Below, piece by piece: positions 11,436-20,106 of a stretch of 35,481 nt of DNA; within the stretch, counting starts at the first letter, position 1; each line of letters opens with the position of its first letter. A program made the translations under genes and the position numbers. This stretch comes from Vulcanimicrobiota bacterium (GTDB lineage: Bacteria > Vulcanimicrobiota > Vulcanimicrobiia > Vulcanimicrobiales > Vulcanimicrobiaceae), in assembly GCA_003135555.1 (NCBI GenBank), contig PLCF01000043.1:1-35481 (forward strand), given 5' to 3'. The notes under the pieces were generated by a model, which searched no databases, was not told the origin of the DNA, and saw only the letters and a program-made list of their open reading frames with translations.

Positions 11436-11948
11436 ATGAAGAGATACCTGTCCGCAGTTGCGGTAGTTTTGTCATTGGCTTTTGCCGGGTGCGGCGGAGG
11501 CGGCAGCAGCGGCGGCGGCGGCGGCGGCGTTCCGGGGCCTGTCCCGACGCTCGCGCCGGACGCCAACATCCCGCAGCAAGCCCAGGTCAAAGCCAACACC
11601 GCATGGGTGACCGCGCCTGCGGGGATGACCCTGTACACGTTCGATCTCGATACGCCCGGCGTCTCGAAGTGCAACGCGACGAGCGGTTGCACCGGAAATT
11701 GGCCGCCGCTGATGGCCGCTGCCGGCGCGTTTGCGCAAGGCAACTTCACGCTCATCACGCGCACCGATCCGGCCGGTCAACAGTGGGCGTACTTGGGCTC
11801 ACCGGTCTACCAGTACTTCAACGATCTTGCCTCAGGGCAGGCGACAGGCGACGGCGTCAACGCCTTCGGCGCCGTATGGCACGTCGCGCGTCCCGCCGGC
11901 GTAACCGGCGGCAACACCGGCGGCTGCACCAACAGCGTCTACTGCTGA
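11436..11948 (+). CDS. lipoprotein with Yx(FWY)xxD repeats (COG4315-like)
   Basis: lipobox FAGC; GMTLYTFDLD, C-x4-C..NWPP, QWAYLGSPVYQYFND, GDGV..WHVA. Confidence 0.85.
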   Translation: MKRYLSAVAVVLSLAFAGCGGGGSSGGGGGGVPGPVPTLAPDANIPQQAQVKANTAWVTAPAGMTLYTFDLDTPGVSKCNATSGCTGNWPPLMAAAGAFAQGNFTLITRTDPAGQQWAYLGSPVYQYFNDLASGQATGDGVNAFGAVWHVARPAGVTGGNTGGCTNSVYC

Positions 11949-11956
11949 GATCCATC

Positions 11957-11999
11957 GCTTGCCGGCGGGGTGCGTGGCACCGCACGCCCGCCGGCAAGC
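11957..11999. terminator. inverted repeat between convergent genes (likely bidirectional terminator)
   Basis: GCTTGCCGGCGGG / CCCGCCGGCAAGC perfect 13-bp stem; no U tract. Confidence 0.65.
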
Positions 12000-12004
12000 A
12001 CTCC

Positions 12005-13111
12005 TCACACGCCGCAGCGCAGCGCGGCGTCGCTAGGGACGGGTGAGCCGAGCCGGGCGATCACCGCGCTAGCGAACGCCTCGGTGCTGGCCGGGTTGGT
12101 GTCGTCGAGGTCGGCGGTGCGTGGGCCGAGCGCGAGCGCCTCCGCGACGGCATGCTCGATGCGCCACGCAACGTCGTCGTCACCGAGCGAGAAGCGCGCG
12201 AGCAAGGCCGCTGAGAGAATAGCGGCGCCCGGGTTGGCGATGTTACGCCCGGCGATGTCGGGGGCGGTGCCGCTGATCGGCTCGTAGAGGCCGAAGCCGC
12301 GCGCGCCGGGCGGCCCGTTCAGGCTCGCGCTGGGGGCGGTGCCGATCGTGCCGGTGATCATCGCCGCTTCGTCGGAGAGGATGTCTCCGAACATGTTCTC
12401 GGTGACGATGACGTCGAACTCCCGCGGGTCGCGCACCAGCTGCATCGCGGCGTTGTCAACGAGCAAGTGGTCGAGCGCGACGTCGGGGTATTCGCGCGCG
12501 ACGTCGGTCACGATGCGCCGCCACAGCTGCGAGCTCATCAGGACGTTGGCTTTGTCGACCGACGTCACGCGGCGGCGCCGCGTGCGGGCCAAATCGAACG
12601 CGAATCGGGCGATGCGCTCGATCTCGAAATCGCGATAGATCAGCGTGTCGGTCGCGGTGAGCGCCCCGGCCGCGTCGCGTTCGAGGCTCTTGGGGCCGAA
12701 GTAGAGCCCGCCGGTCAGCTCGCGCACGATCGCGCAGTCCATCCCGCGCACCAACTCGGGGCGTAACGGCGAGCGGTGCTCCAGGCCCGCAAACGCGCGG
12801 GCCGGGCGCAGGTTGGCGTACAGGCCGAAGGTCGCGCGCAAGCCCAGGATCGCGGCTTCGGGGCGCCGCTCGGGCGGCGCGTCGTCGAAACCCGGGCCGC
12901 CGACCGCGCCGAACAAGATCGCGTCGCTGGCGCGCGCGACGGCGAGCGTCTCGTCCGGGAGCGGCGTCCCGTGCGACGCGATCGCCGCCGCGCCGACCGG
13001 CGCTGCGACGAAGGTGCACGCCGGGCGCGCGGCATGCAGCACGCGGACCGCGGCCGCCGTGACTTCCGGACCGATTCCGTCACCGGCCAGAACGGCAACC
13101 CGCTGCGTCAA
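12005..13111 (-). CDS. leuB: 3-isopropylmalate dehydrogenase
   Basis: GDGIGPEV, VRELTGGLYFG, VDKANVL, NMFGDILSDEA, EPISGTAPDIAG; TTG start overlaps leuD stop. Confidence 0.95.
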   Translation of the reverse strand: MTQRVAVLAGDGIGPEVTAAAVRVLHAARPACTFVAAPVGAAAIASHGTPLPDETLAVARASDAILFGAVGGPGFDDAPPERRPEAAILGLRATFGLYANLRPARAFAGLEHRSPLRPELVRGMDCAIVRELTGGLYFGPKSLERDAAGALTATDTLIYRDFEIERIARFAFDLARTRRRRVTSVDKANVLMSSQLWRRIVTDVAREYPDVALDHLLVDNAAMQLVRDPREFDVIVTENMFGDILSDEAAMITGTIGTAPSASLNGPPGARGFGLYEPISGTAPDIAGRNIANPGAAILSAALLARFSLGDDDVAWRIEHAVAEALALGPRTADLDDTNPASTEAFASAVIARLGSPVPSDAALRCGV

Positions 13112-13632
13112 CGGCCCGCTTCCCAGGCCCGAATCGCCGGGATCTTCGCGTTGAGAAACTGCAGGAACCCGCCGCCCAGCACGAACTGCTTGCGCAGCGG
13201 ATCGAGCGTGAACGCGATCGGCTCGCCGTCGTCGGCGCGCAGCGTCTGGGCGGCGACGTCGATCGTGACGTGCCGCGCGCTCAGTAGCGCTTCGGCGACC
13301 GCGGGCGCCACGACGACCGGGACCAGGGCATTGGTGTACGCGTTCTCCTCGAAGATGCGCGCGAAGCTCGGCGCGACCACCGCTTTGAAACCGCGGCCGA
13401 GCAGCGCCCAAGCCGCGTGCTCGCGGGACGAGCCGCAGCCGAAATTCTCGCCCGCCACGACGATCGACGCGCCGGGATGCTGTGCGAGCAGTTGCGGGCC
13501 GTCGGGCATCCCCTCGAAGAGATGCTCGCCCATGCCGGCCGAATCGATGCGGGTGAGATAGCGCGCCGGGATGATCTGGTCGGTGTCGACGTTGGCGCGC
13601 CGAACCGGCAGGACGCTGCCTTCGATTTTCAT
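13108..13632 (-). CDS. leuD: 3-isopropylmalate dehydratase small subunit
   Basis: NVDTDQIIPARYL, GENFGCGSSREHA, SFARIF. Confidence 0.95.
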   Translation of the reverse strand: MKIEGSVLPVRRANVDTDQIIPARYLTRIDSAGMGEHLFEGMPDGPQLLAQHPGASIVVAGENFGCGSSREHAAWALLGRGFKAVVAPSFARIFEENAYTNALVPVVVAPAVAEALLSARHVTIDVAAQTLRADDGEPIAFTLDPLRKQFVLGGGFLQFLNAKIPAIRAWEAGR

Positions 13633-14993
13633 GCGAGGGCCACTTCCGCTATGTCATCCTGAGCCTGTCGAAGGACGAGAGCGGGGAGCTCGGCGGGGGA
13701 GCCGATCCGGCCCAGGATCGCCGAGGCCGCGACGACGACCGGCGCGGCGAGGTGAACGCGGCCGCCGTCGCCCATGCGTCCGGGGAAGTTGCGGTTGGAC
13801 GACGAGACGCAGCGCATCCCCGGCGCGAGCACGCCCATCGACATCCCCAGGCACGGACCGCACGACGAGTGCGTCCACAGCGCGCCGGCGTCTTGGAAGA
13901 TGTCGTGCAGCCCCTCGCGTTCGGCTTGGCGGCGCACGGTCTGCGAGCCGGGCGTAACGATCGTCGGAACGGTCACCTTGCGGCCGCGGAAAATCTCGGC
14001 GGCCGCGCGCAGATCGCTGATCCGCGCGTTCGTGCACGAGCCGATGAAGGCTTGATCGACGGCGATGCTGGTCAGCCGCTGCCCCGGCTGCAAGTCCATG
14101 TAGGCGAGCGACTCGGGCGGCGCATCGAGCGGCACGACGCCGTCGATCGGCGAGCACTCGCCCGGATTCGTCCCCCACGAGACGACCGGCCGCACCGCGC
14201 TGCCGTCGATCGTCACCGTCGCCGCGTACGGGGCGTCGGGGTCGGCCGCAAGGCCGACCGGGTACGCAGGCGCGTTGGGGATCGCGGCGAGGTACGCGGC
14301 GGTCGTTGCGTCGGCGGCGATCATTCCCGTCGTCGCGCCGGCCTCGATGGCCATGTTGCACAGCGTCATGCGCTGCTCCATCGTCAGCGCCCGAATCGCC
14401 GAGCCGGTGTACTCGAGCACGTAGCCCGTGCCGCCGCGAAAGCCGATCGTCGCGATGACGGTCAGCGCGAGGTCCTTGGCGGTCGCACCGGCCTGCAGCG
14501 TTCCGGTCACCTCGACCCGCATCACCTTGGGGCGCTGCAGGATCAAACAGCCGGCCAGCATCGCACCGGCCTGCGCCGTCGTGCCGATTCCGAGCGCGAA
14601 CGCTCCGAACGCGCCCAGCGTGCAGGTGTGGCTGTCGCCGCAGCAGGCCGTCATCCCGGGGCCGATGTAGCCGCGCTCGGGGACGATGACGTGGCAGATG
14701 CCGTTGTCGCCGATGTCGTGGAACGGGATCCCCTGCCGTTTCGCCCAGTTGCGCACCGTCTGCCCTTGGAGCGCGGTCGCCGAGTCCTTCGCCGGCGCGA
14801 CGTGATCGATCATCGCCACGATGCGCTGCGGCGCATAGAGCCGGTCGCCGAACTCCTTTTCGATCGTGATCGCACCCGGCGGCGTGGTGATCTCGTGCGC
14901 CACCACGAGGTCCATGAACACCAGCGCGTTCCCGCCCGGCAGCTCCTCGACGACGTGGGCGTCCCAAACCTTGTCAAACAACGATCGCGGCAT
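13629..14993 (-). CDS. leuC: 3-isopropylmalate dehydratase large subunit
   Basis: GICHV, GDSHTCT, FIGSCTN, CGPCLG, SSSNRNF; AGGAGG RBS before ATG 14993. Confidence 0.95.
   Translation of the reverse strand: MPRSLFDKVWDAHVVEELPGGNALVFMDLVVAHEITTPPGAITIEKEFGDRLYAPQRIVAMIDHVAPAKDSATALQGQTVRNWAKRQGIPFHDIGDNGICHVIVPERGYIGPGMTACCGDSHTCTLGAFGAFALGIGTTAQAGAMLAGCLILQRPKVMRVEVTGTLQAGATAKDLALTVIATIGFRGGTGYVLEYTGSAIRALTMEQRMTLCNMAIEAGATTGMIAADATTAAYLAAIPNAPAYPVGLAADPDAPYAATVTIDGSAVRPVVSWGTNPGECSPIDGVVPLDAPPESLAYMDLQPGQRLTSIAVDQAFIGSCTNARISDLRAAAEIFRGRKVTVPTIVTPGSQTVRRQAEREGLHDIFQDAGALWTHSSCGPCLGMSMGVLAPGMRCVSSSNRNFPGRMGDGGRVHLAAPVVVAASAILGRIGSPAELPALVLRQAQDDIAEVALA
13652..13675 (+). repeat. REP-like element TGTCATCCTGAGCCTGTCGAAGGA inside the 3' end of leuC
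   Basis: Matches, from memory, a widespread bacterial palindromic repeat half; translates to LRQAQDD in the LeuC tail; single copy in this window. Confidence 0.5.
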
Positions 14994-16686
14994 GCACGGC
15001 CTCCTGGCGGGCCGGTTCGAGAGACGCGATGCTGCGGCCCGCGGCGCTGACGATCGCCGTGAGCGAGGCGGTGACGATGTTGGGGTCGACTCCCACGCCC
15101 CAGCGCACGTCGCCGCCGATCGAGAGCTCGACGTACGCGACCGCTGGTGCGTCCTCGGCGGGGCCCTGCGACCGCAGGGCGTGCTCGTGGAAGTCGTGGA
15201 CGTGGATCGCCAGGTCGAACGCGCGGCGCAGCGCGTCGACGAAGGCGTCGATGGGGCCGGTACCGTCACCGTAGATCGTGCGCGACACGACGCCGTCGGT
15301 GAGCGTCGCGTCGATCGTGCACGGCGTGCCGGCGACGCCGTCGTTGGTCGTCTCGTAGCCGGCCAGCCGCAGGCGGCCGGGCCGCACGTACGTCGCTTCG
15401 AACGCGTCGCGAATCTCGTCGGGCGAGATCTCGCCGCCCGACGCTTCGGCGCGCGCCTGGATCACGCGGCTGAAGTCGACCTGCAGCGCGCGCGGCAGAT
15501 CGAGCCCGTGCTCGGCGAGCAGCACGTACGCGACGCCGCCCTTGCCCGATTGGCTGTTGACGCGCACCACCGCGTCGTAAGTGCGTCCGATGTCCTTGGG
15601 GTCGAGCGCCAGATACGGAACTTCCCAGCGCGCGCCGCCGCCGGCCTCGAGCGCGGCGAAGCCCTTCTTGATCGCGTCCTGGTGCGAGCCCGAGAACGCG
15701 GTGAACACCAGCTCGCCGCCGTAGGGGTGGCGCGCGTGGACGGGGAGGCGGTTGCAGTCCTCGACGATGCGCACGATCTCGGGCACGTTGGAGAGATCGA
15801 GCCGCGGATCGATTCCCTGCGAGTACAGGTTGAGCGCGAGGGTGACGATGTCGACGTTGCCGGTGCGCTCGCCGTTGCCGAACAACGTCCCTTCGACTCG
15901 GTCGGCGCCGGCCATGACGGCCAGCTCGGTGGCGGCGACGGCGGTGCCGCGGTCGTTGTGCGGGTGGACGCTCAGCACCACCGCTGCGCGGCCGCGCAGG
16001 TGGCGATGGATCCACTCGATCTGATCGGCGTAGACGTTGGGTGTCGCCATCTCGACGGTGGCCGGAAGGTTGAGGACGAGCGGCTCGTCGCGCGTCGGTC
16101 CCCAGGTTGCGATCACCGCCTCACAGATCGTCTTGGTGAAGTCGAGCTCGGTCGCCGAGAACGTCTCGGGGGAATACTCCAAGCGGATCTTCGTCCGCTC
16201 GGCAACCTCGCCGGCGCGGAGTTTGATGTGCGCGACCGCGCGGACCGCGACGTCGACGATGCCGCGCCGGTCCAGCCCGAACACGACGCGGCGGAACAGC
16301 GGAGAGGTCGCGTTGTAGACGTGCACGATCGCCCGCGGCGCGCCGGCGATCGACTCGAACGTCCGGTCGATGAGGTCTTCGCGCGCTTGGGTGAGGACCT
16401 GGATGGTCACGTCGTCGGGGATGCGCTGCCCCTCGATGAGTTCGCGCACGAAATCGAAGTCGGGTTGCGACGAAGCCGGGAACCCGACCTCGATCTCCTT
16501 GAACCCCAGCCGCACGAGCAGATCGAACATGCGCGCCTTGCGGTCGGGGCCCATCGGTTCGATGAGGGCCTGGTTTCCGTCGCGCAGGTCGACGCTGCAC
16601 CACAGCGGCGCGCGCTCGATGGTGCGGCTGGGCCAGCGCCGCCCGCGCAACGGGACGGGCGGGAAGGGCCGATAGCGTTCGATCAT
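14974..16686 (-). CDS. leuA: 2-isopropylmalate synthase (actinobacterial/yeast type)
   Basis: WCSVDLRDGNQAL, EYSPETF, NLPATVE, HPHNDRG, GNGERTGNVD, AFSGSHQDAIKKG. Confidence 0.96.
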   Translation of the reverse strand: MIERYRPFPPVPLRGRRWPSRTIERAPLWCSVDLRDGNQALIEPMGPDRKARMFDLLVRLGFKEIEVGFPASSQPDFDFVRELIEGQRIPDDVTIQVLTQAREDLIDRTFESIAGAPRAIVHVYNATSPLFRRVVFGLDRRGIVDVAVRAVAHIKLRAGEVAERTKIRLEYSPETFSATELDFTKTICEAVIATWGPTRDEPLVLNLPATVEMATPNVYADQIEWIHRHLRGRAAVVLSVHPHNDRGTAVAATELAVMAGADRVEGTLFGNGERTGNVDIVTLALNLYSQGIDPRLDLSNVPEIVRIVEDCNRLPVHARHPYGGELVFTAFSGSHQDAIKKGFAALEAGGGARWEVPYLALDPKDIGRTYDAVVRVNSQSGKGGVAYVLLAEHGLDLPRALQVDFSRVIQARAEASGGEISPDEIRDAFEATYVRPGRLRLAGYETTNDGVAGTPCTIDATLTDGVVSRTIYGDGTGPIDAFVDALRRAFDLAIHVHDFHEHALRSQGPAEDAPAVAYVELSIGGDVRWGVGVDPNIVTASLTAIVSAAGRSIASLEPARQEAVHAAIVV

Positions 16687-16889
16687 TGGGGAGCCTCATA
16701 GGCGACGATGCGGTCGATCTGCGCGCGCAGCCGAACCAGTGCGACGGCCGCGCCGTCGAACGCGAAGCGCGCCGTCACCGTCGCGTCGGCGTTGGCCGTC
16801 ACGTGGGTGCAGCGGCAGTTGAAACGGTGGGCCAGGTTCACGATGCGCGCCACCGAGCGGACGTCGCGCAGGGTGAGCTCGCAGGTCAC
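16683..16889 (-). CDS. minimal ACT-like acetolactate synthase small subunit (IlvM-like, 68 aa)
   Basis: GTG overlaps ilvB stop and stop overlaps leuA start; VARIVNLAHRFN...LRAQIDRIV fits the ACT pattern. Confidence 0.7.
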   Translation of the reverse strand: MTCELTLRDVRSVARIVNLAHRFNCRCTHVTANADATVTARFAFDGAAVALVRLRAQIDRIVAYEAPQ

Positions 16890-18556
16890 GCCCGCGCCTC
16901 CATGAGATCGTCCACCGTCATCCCGGCGGGGATCATCGGCCACACGTTCTCGGTGGGATGGCACGCGCAGTGCAGCAGCGCCGGACCGCGGGTGGCGACG
17001 AAGCGGGCGATGACGTCGTCGGCGCCGGCCGGCGCGTCGATCGCGAACGCCTCGATCCCATAGGCACGCGCGATCGCGACGAAGTCGGGGTTGTCGGCCA
17101 AGTTCGTCGCCGAGTAGCGCTCGGAGAAGAAGAGCTCTTGCCATTGGCGGACCATCCCGAGGTTCTGATTGTCGATCAGCACGATCTTGACCGGGATCTT
17201 GTAGCGCCGCAACGTCGCGAGCTCGGGCAAGCACATCTGAAAACCGCCGTCGCCGACGATCGCGAACACCGGCACCGTGGGGTTCGCGTACGCCGCGCCG
17301 ACCGCCGCCGGGAAGCCGAAGCCCATCGCGCCCAGACCCGCCGAGGTCGCGTACTTGCGCGGGTGCGCCGGACGCGCCCGCTGCGCCGCCCACATCTGGT
17401 GCTGTCCGACGTCGGTGGTCACGATCGCGTCGCCGGGCAGCGCGGCGAAGACGCGGTCGAGCACGTCGGTCGCCGACAGCACGTCGTCCGCGACCCGGTC
17501 GCTGGGCAGCGGCCCACCCAGCAGCCGTGCTTCGGCGGCCCAGTCGTCGAAGCGCGGGACGTGGCCGCGCGCGAGCTCGTCGACGAGCGCGCGCAGCGTC
17601 TCACCGAGATCGCCGTGCAGGGCGACGTTGGCGGTGATGATCTTGTTGAACTCCGTCGCGTCGATGTCGGCATGGATGACGGTCGCTTCGCGGGCGAAGC
17701 GATCGGGCTTGCCGGTCACGCGGTCGTCGAAGCGCATCCCCAGAGCCAGGATCACATCGGCCCGTTGCACCGCTTTGTTGGCGGCCTTGAGCCCGTGCAT
17801 GCCGAGCATGCCCAGATACGCCGCGTCGCCCGATGCGGCCGCGCCGAGCGCGTTGATCGTCGCCGCATGCGGCAGCCCGAGCATCGCGACGAACATGCGG
17901 TAGAGATCGACCGCGCCGGCGCGTACCCCGCCGCCGACGATCGCGACGGGCCGTCGCGCGGAACGAATCCGCGCGACGGCGTCGCGGACCGCGGCATCGG
18001 AAACACGCGGTCCGGCACCGATCCGCCCCGGCGGCTTCTCCGGAACGGCGGTGACGTCGGTCTGAGCCTTGAGGACGTCGTTGGGGATGTCGACGAGCAC
18101 GGGTCCGGGACGGCCCCGGCGTGCCAGCGCGAACGCTTCGGCCAGCGTCTCGGCGATGCTGTCGACGTCGCTGACGAGCATGTTGCGCTTGGTAACCGCC
18201 TGCGTGATCGCGCAGACGTCGGCTTCTTGAAACCCGTCGGTCCCCATGAGTTCGCGGCGCACCTGTCCGGTGATCGCCACCACCGGAACGCTGTCCATCA
18301 TCGCGTCGAGCAAGCCGGTGACCAAGTTCGTGGCTCCCGGACCGGAGGTCGCGCAGCACACGCCGACGCGACCCGAGGTGCGCGCGTAGCCGCTCGCGGC
18401 AAACGCGGCCGCGGCTTCGTGGCGTACGAGCACGTGCCGCACCGGATGCCCGAAGAGGGCATCGTACAACGGCATGATCGCGCCGCCCGGATAGCCGAAG
18501 ACCGTGTCGACGCCCTCGCGTTCGAGTGCCGCGAGAACGGCCTGCGCGCCGTTCAT
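16886..18556 (-). CDS. ilvB: acetolactate synthase large subunit (IlvG/IlvB type)
   Basis: MNGAQ..FGYPGGAIMP, RHE, TSGPGATN, RFDDRVTG, DVGQHQMW, GDGGFQM...LGMVRQWQ. Confidence 0.95.
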   Translation of the reverse strand: MNGAQAVLAALEREGVDTVFGYPGGAIMPLYDALFGHPVRHVLVRHEAAAAFAASGYARTSGRVGVCCATSGPGATNLVTGLLDAMMDSVPVVAITGQVRRELMGTDGFQEADVCAITQAVTKRNMLVSDVDSIAETLAEAFALARRGRPGPVLVDIPNDVLKAQTDVTAVPEKPPGRIGAGPRVSDAAVRDAVARIRSARRPVAIVGGGVRAGAVDLYRMFVAMLGLPHAATINALGAAASGDAAYLGMLGMHGLKAANKAVQRADVILALGMRFDDRVTGKPDRFAREATVIHADIDATEFNKIITANVALHGDLGETLRALVDELARGHVPRFDDWAAEARLLGGPLPSDRVADDVLSATDVLDRVFAALPGDAIVTTDVGQHQMWAAQRARPAHPRKYATSAGLGAMGFGFPAAVGAAYANPTVPVFAIVGDGGFQMCLPELATLRRYKIPVKIVLIDNQNLGMVRQWQELFFSERYSATNLADNPDFVAIARAYGIEAFAIDAPAGADDVIARFVATRGPALLHCACHPTENVWPMIPAGMTVDDLMEARA

Positions 18557-18565
18557 GTCAACTGC

Positions 18566-19603
18566 CTACAAGACCCGGAAGCGGAGGCCGTCGTCGGCTT
18601 CCGCCGCGCTTTGTCCGCCGTTGAGCCAGGGCATCAGGCCGCGCAGCTCGGTGCCGACGTGCTCGATCTCGTGACTCGCCGACTTGGCGCGATGCGCGCG
18701 GAACGACGGCTTGCCCGAGGCGTGCTCGGCGACCCACTCCTGCGCGAACGCGCCGCTCTGGATCTCGCCCAGGATTTTGCGCATCTCCGTGCGCGTCGCA
18801 GCGTTGATGATGCGTTCGCCGCGCGTGTAGTCGCCGTACTTGGCGGTGTTGCTGATCGCGTCGCGCATGCCTTCGACGCCGCGCTCGTACATCAGGTCGA
18901 CGATGAGCTTCATCTCGTGCAAGCACTCGAAATAGGCCATCTCCGGCGCGTAGCCGGCCTCGACAAGGGTCTCGAAGCCGGCCTTGACCAGCGCGCTCAT
19001 CCCGCCGCACAGCACGGCCTGCTCGCCGAACAGATCGGTTTCGGTTTCCTCGCGGAACGTCGTCTCGAGGATGCCCGCGCGCCCGCCGCCGATCGCCGCA
19101 GCATAGGCGAAGGCGATCGCGCGAGCGTGTCCGCTGGCGTCTTGATGGACCGCGATCAAGCACGGTACGCCGCGTCCCGCTTCGTACTCGGTGCGCACGA
19201 GGCGCCCCGGGCCCTTGGGTGCGATCATGATGACGTCGACGTCCGAGGGCGGCACGATGGTGCCGAAGTGGATGCCGAAGCCGTGTGCGAACGTGAGCGC
19301 CATCCCCGGCCGCAAGTGCTCCACGACTTCGCGGAGATACACACCGGGCTGCTCTTCGTCGGGAATGAGCAGCACGACGACGTCGGCCTTCGAGACGGCG
19401 TCGGGGATCGAGGCGACCGCGAGCCCGTCGCGGCGCGCCACGTCGCGCGAAGCGGAGCCGGGGCGCAAGCCGACGATCACGGCGTGTCGGGAGTCGTGCA
19501 GGTTGAGCGCGTGAGCGCGCCCCTGGCTGCCGTAGCCGATCACGGCGATCGTCTTCGCCTCGAGTGCGCCGCGATCGACGTCGCGGTCGTAGTAGGCTTC
19601 CAT
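18566..19603 (-). CDS. ilvC: ketol-acid reductoisomerase
   Basis: [57 protein letters not shown] before ATG 19603. Confidence 0.96.
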   Translation of the reverse strand: MEAYYDRDVDRGALEAKTIAVIGYGSQGRAHALNLHDSRHAVIVGLRPGSASRDVARRDGLAVASIPDAVSKADVVVLLIPDEEQPGVYLREVVEHLRPGMALTFAHGFGIHFGTIVPPSDVDVIMIAPKGPGRLVRTEYEAGRGVPCLIAVHQDASGHARAIAFAYAAAIGGGRAGILETTFREETETDLFGEQAVLCGGMSALVKAGFETLVEAGYAPEMAYFECLHEMKLIVDLMYERGVEGMRDAISNTAKYGDYTRGERIINAATRTEMRKILGEIQSGAFAQEWVAEHASGKPSFRAHRAKSASHEIEHVGTELRGLMPWLNGGQSAAEADDGLRFRVL

Positions 19604-19619
19604 GAAATCCTCCGGAGAT

Positions 19620-19652
19620 AAAAAAGCCCCCCGCCTACCGGCGAGGGGCTTT
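19620..19652 (-). terminator. attenuator terminator upstream of ilvC
   Basis: minus strand AAAGCCCCTCGCC-ggta-GGCGGGGGGCTTT followed by TTT. Confidence 0.88.
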
Positions 19653-19679
19653 GCATTTGTGTGCGACTCTGTCGTCGTC

Positions 19680-19757
19680 TTATGCGAAAGCTGCTCGCCG
19701 GTTCGGGGGAACCGTAAGAAGGATAACGCCAAGAACGAGGACGAGCCGAGCGGACAT
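19680..19757 (-). CDS. ilvL: Leu/Val/Ile attenuator leader peptide [25 protein letters not shown] (25 aa)
   Basis: 5 Leu, 4 Val, 1 Ile, using CTT/GTT codons; CCGGCGAGcaGCTTTcGCAT pairs with the terminator 5' arm. Confidence 0.88.
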   Translation of the reverse strand: MSARLVLVLGVILLTVPPNRRAAFA

Positions 19758-19766
19758 CGTTGCACG

Positions 19767-19795
19767 GTAGTACCACGACGGCCGGGTCCTGTCAA
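19767..19795 (-). promoter_or_regulatory. sigma70-type promoter for ilv-leu leader
   Basis: consensus TTGACA (19795-19790), 17 nt spacer, TG-n-TACTAC (-10 at 19772-19767). Confidence 0.65.
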
Positions 19796-19886
19796 CCCGC
19801 CGGACGGCCGCCGGTACCCGCCTTATCACGGAAAAAACTTTCGTAGCAGCCGGTGCGCGTTGGAAATCGCTCTCCGCCGGGCCGTG

Positions 19887-19915
19887 TTGACGCTGGGCCG
19901 GACGCATGGTACAGT
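19887..19915 (+). promoter_or_regulatory. sigma70-type promoter for ssu leader
   Basis: TTGACG (19887-19892), 17 nt spacer, TG-n-TACAGT (-10 at 19910-19915). Confidence 0.7.
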
Positions 19916-19926
19916 CCTACGCACTC

Positions 19927-20004
19927 GTGACCACGCGCCGCTGCTGTCTCATGCCGATTTTCATGTGCTGTCGCCCCATTCGGGATCGGCAAGGTTCGGC
20001 ATGA
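19927..20004 (+). CDS. Cys/Met attenuator leader peptide MTTRRCCLMPIFMCCRPIRDRQGSA (25 aa, GTG start)
   Basis: two TGC-TGT pairs and 2 internal Met; GGATCGGCAAGGTTC (19983-19997) pairs with 20036-20051. Confidence 0.75.
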   Translation: MTTRRCCLMPIFMCCRPIRDRQGSA

Positions 20005-20034
20005 GCTAGCGCGCGTCGCGCGCAGCACCACTGC

Positions 20035-20070
20035 AGAGCCCTCGCCGATCCGGCGGGGGCTCTTTATTTT
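20035..20070 (+). terminator. attenuator terminator upstream of ssuA
   Basis: AGAGCCCTCGCCG-atc-CGGCGGGGGCTCT followed by TTATTTT. Confidence 0.88.
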
Positions 20071-20106
20071 CACCCGCTTCTCCCATCTCACCAGGAGGCG
20101 TTCCCC

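Noticed and set aside
11493..11528. GGC tandem repeat
   Set aside because: Encodes an ordinary Gly/Ser linker after the lipoprotein Cys.
12005..19795. Long upstream extensions of leuB, leuC and ilvC, and large plus-strand ORFs (e.g. 16958-19621, 14866-16701)
   Set aside because: GC-rich shadow ORFs antisense to or overlapping well-supported genes; RBSs and start/stop overlaps fix the shorter starts.
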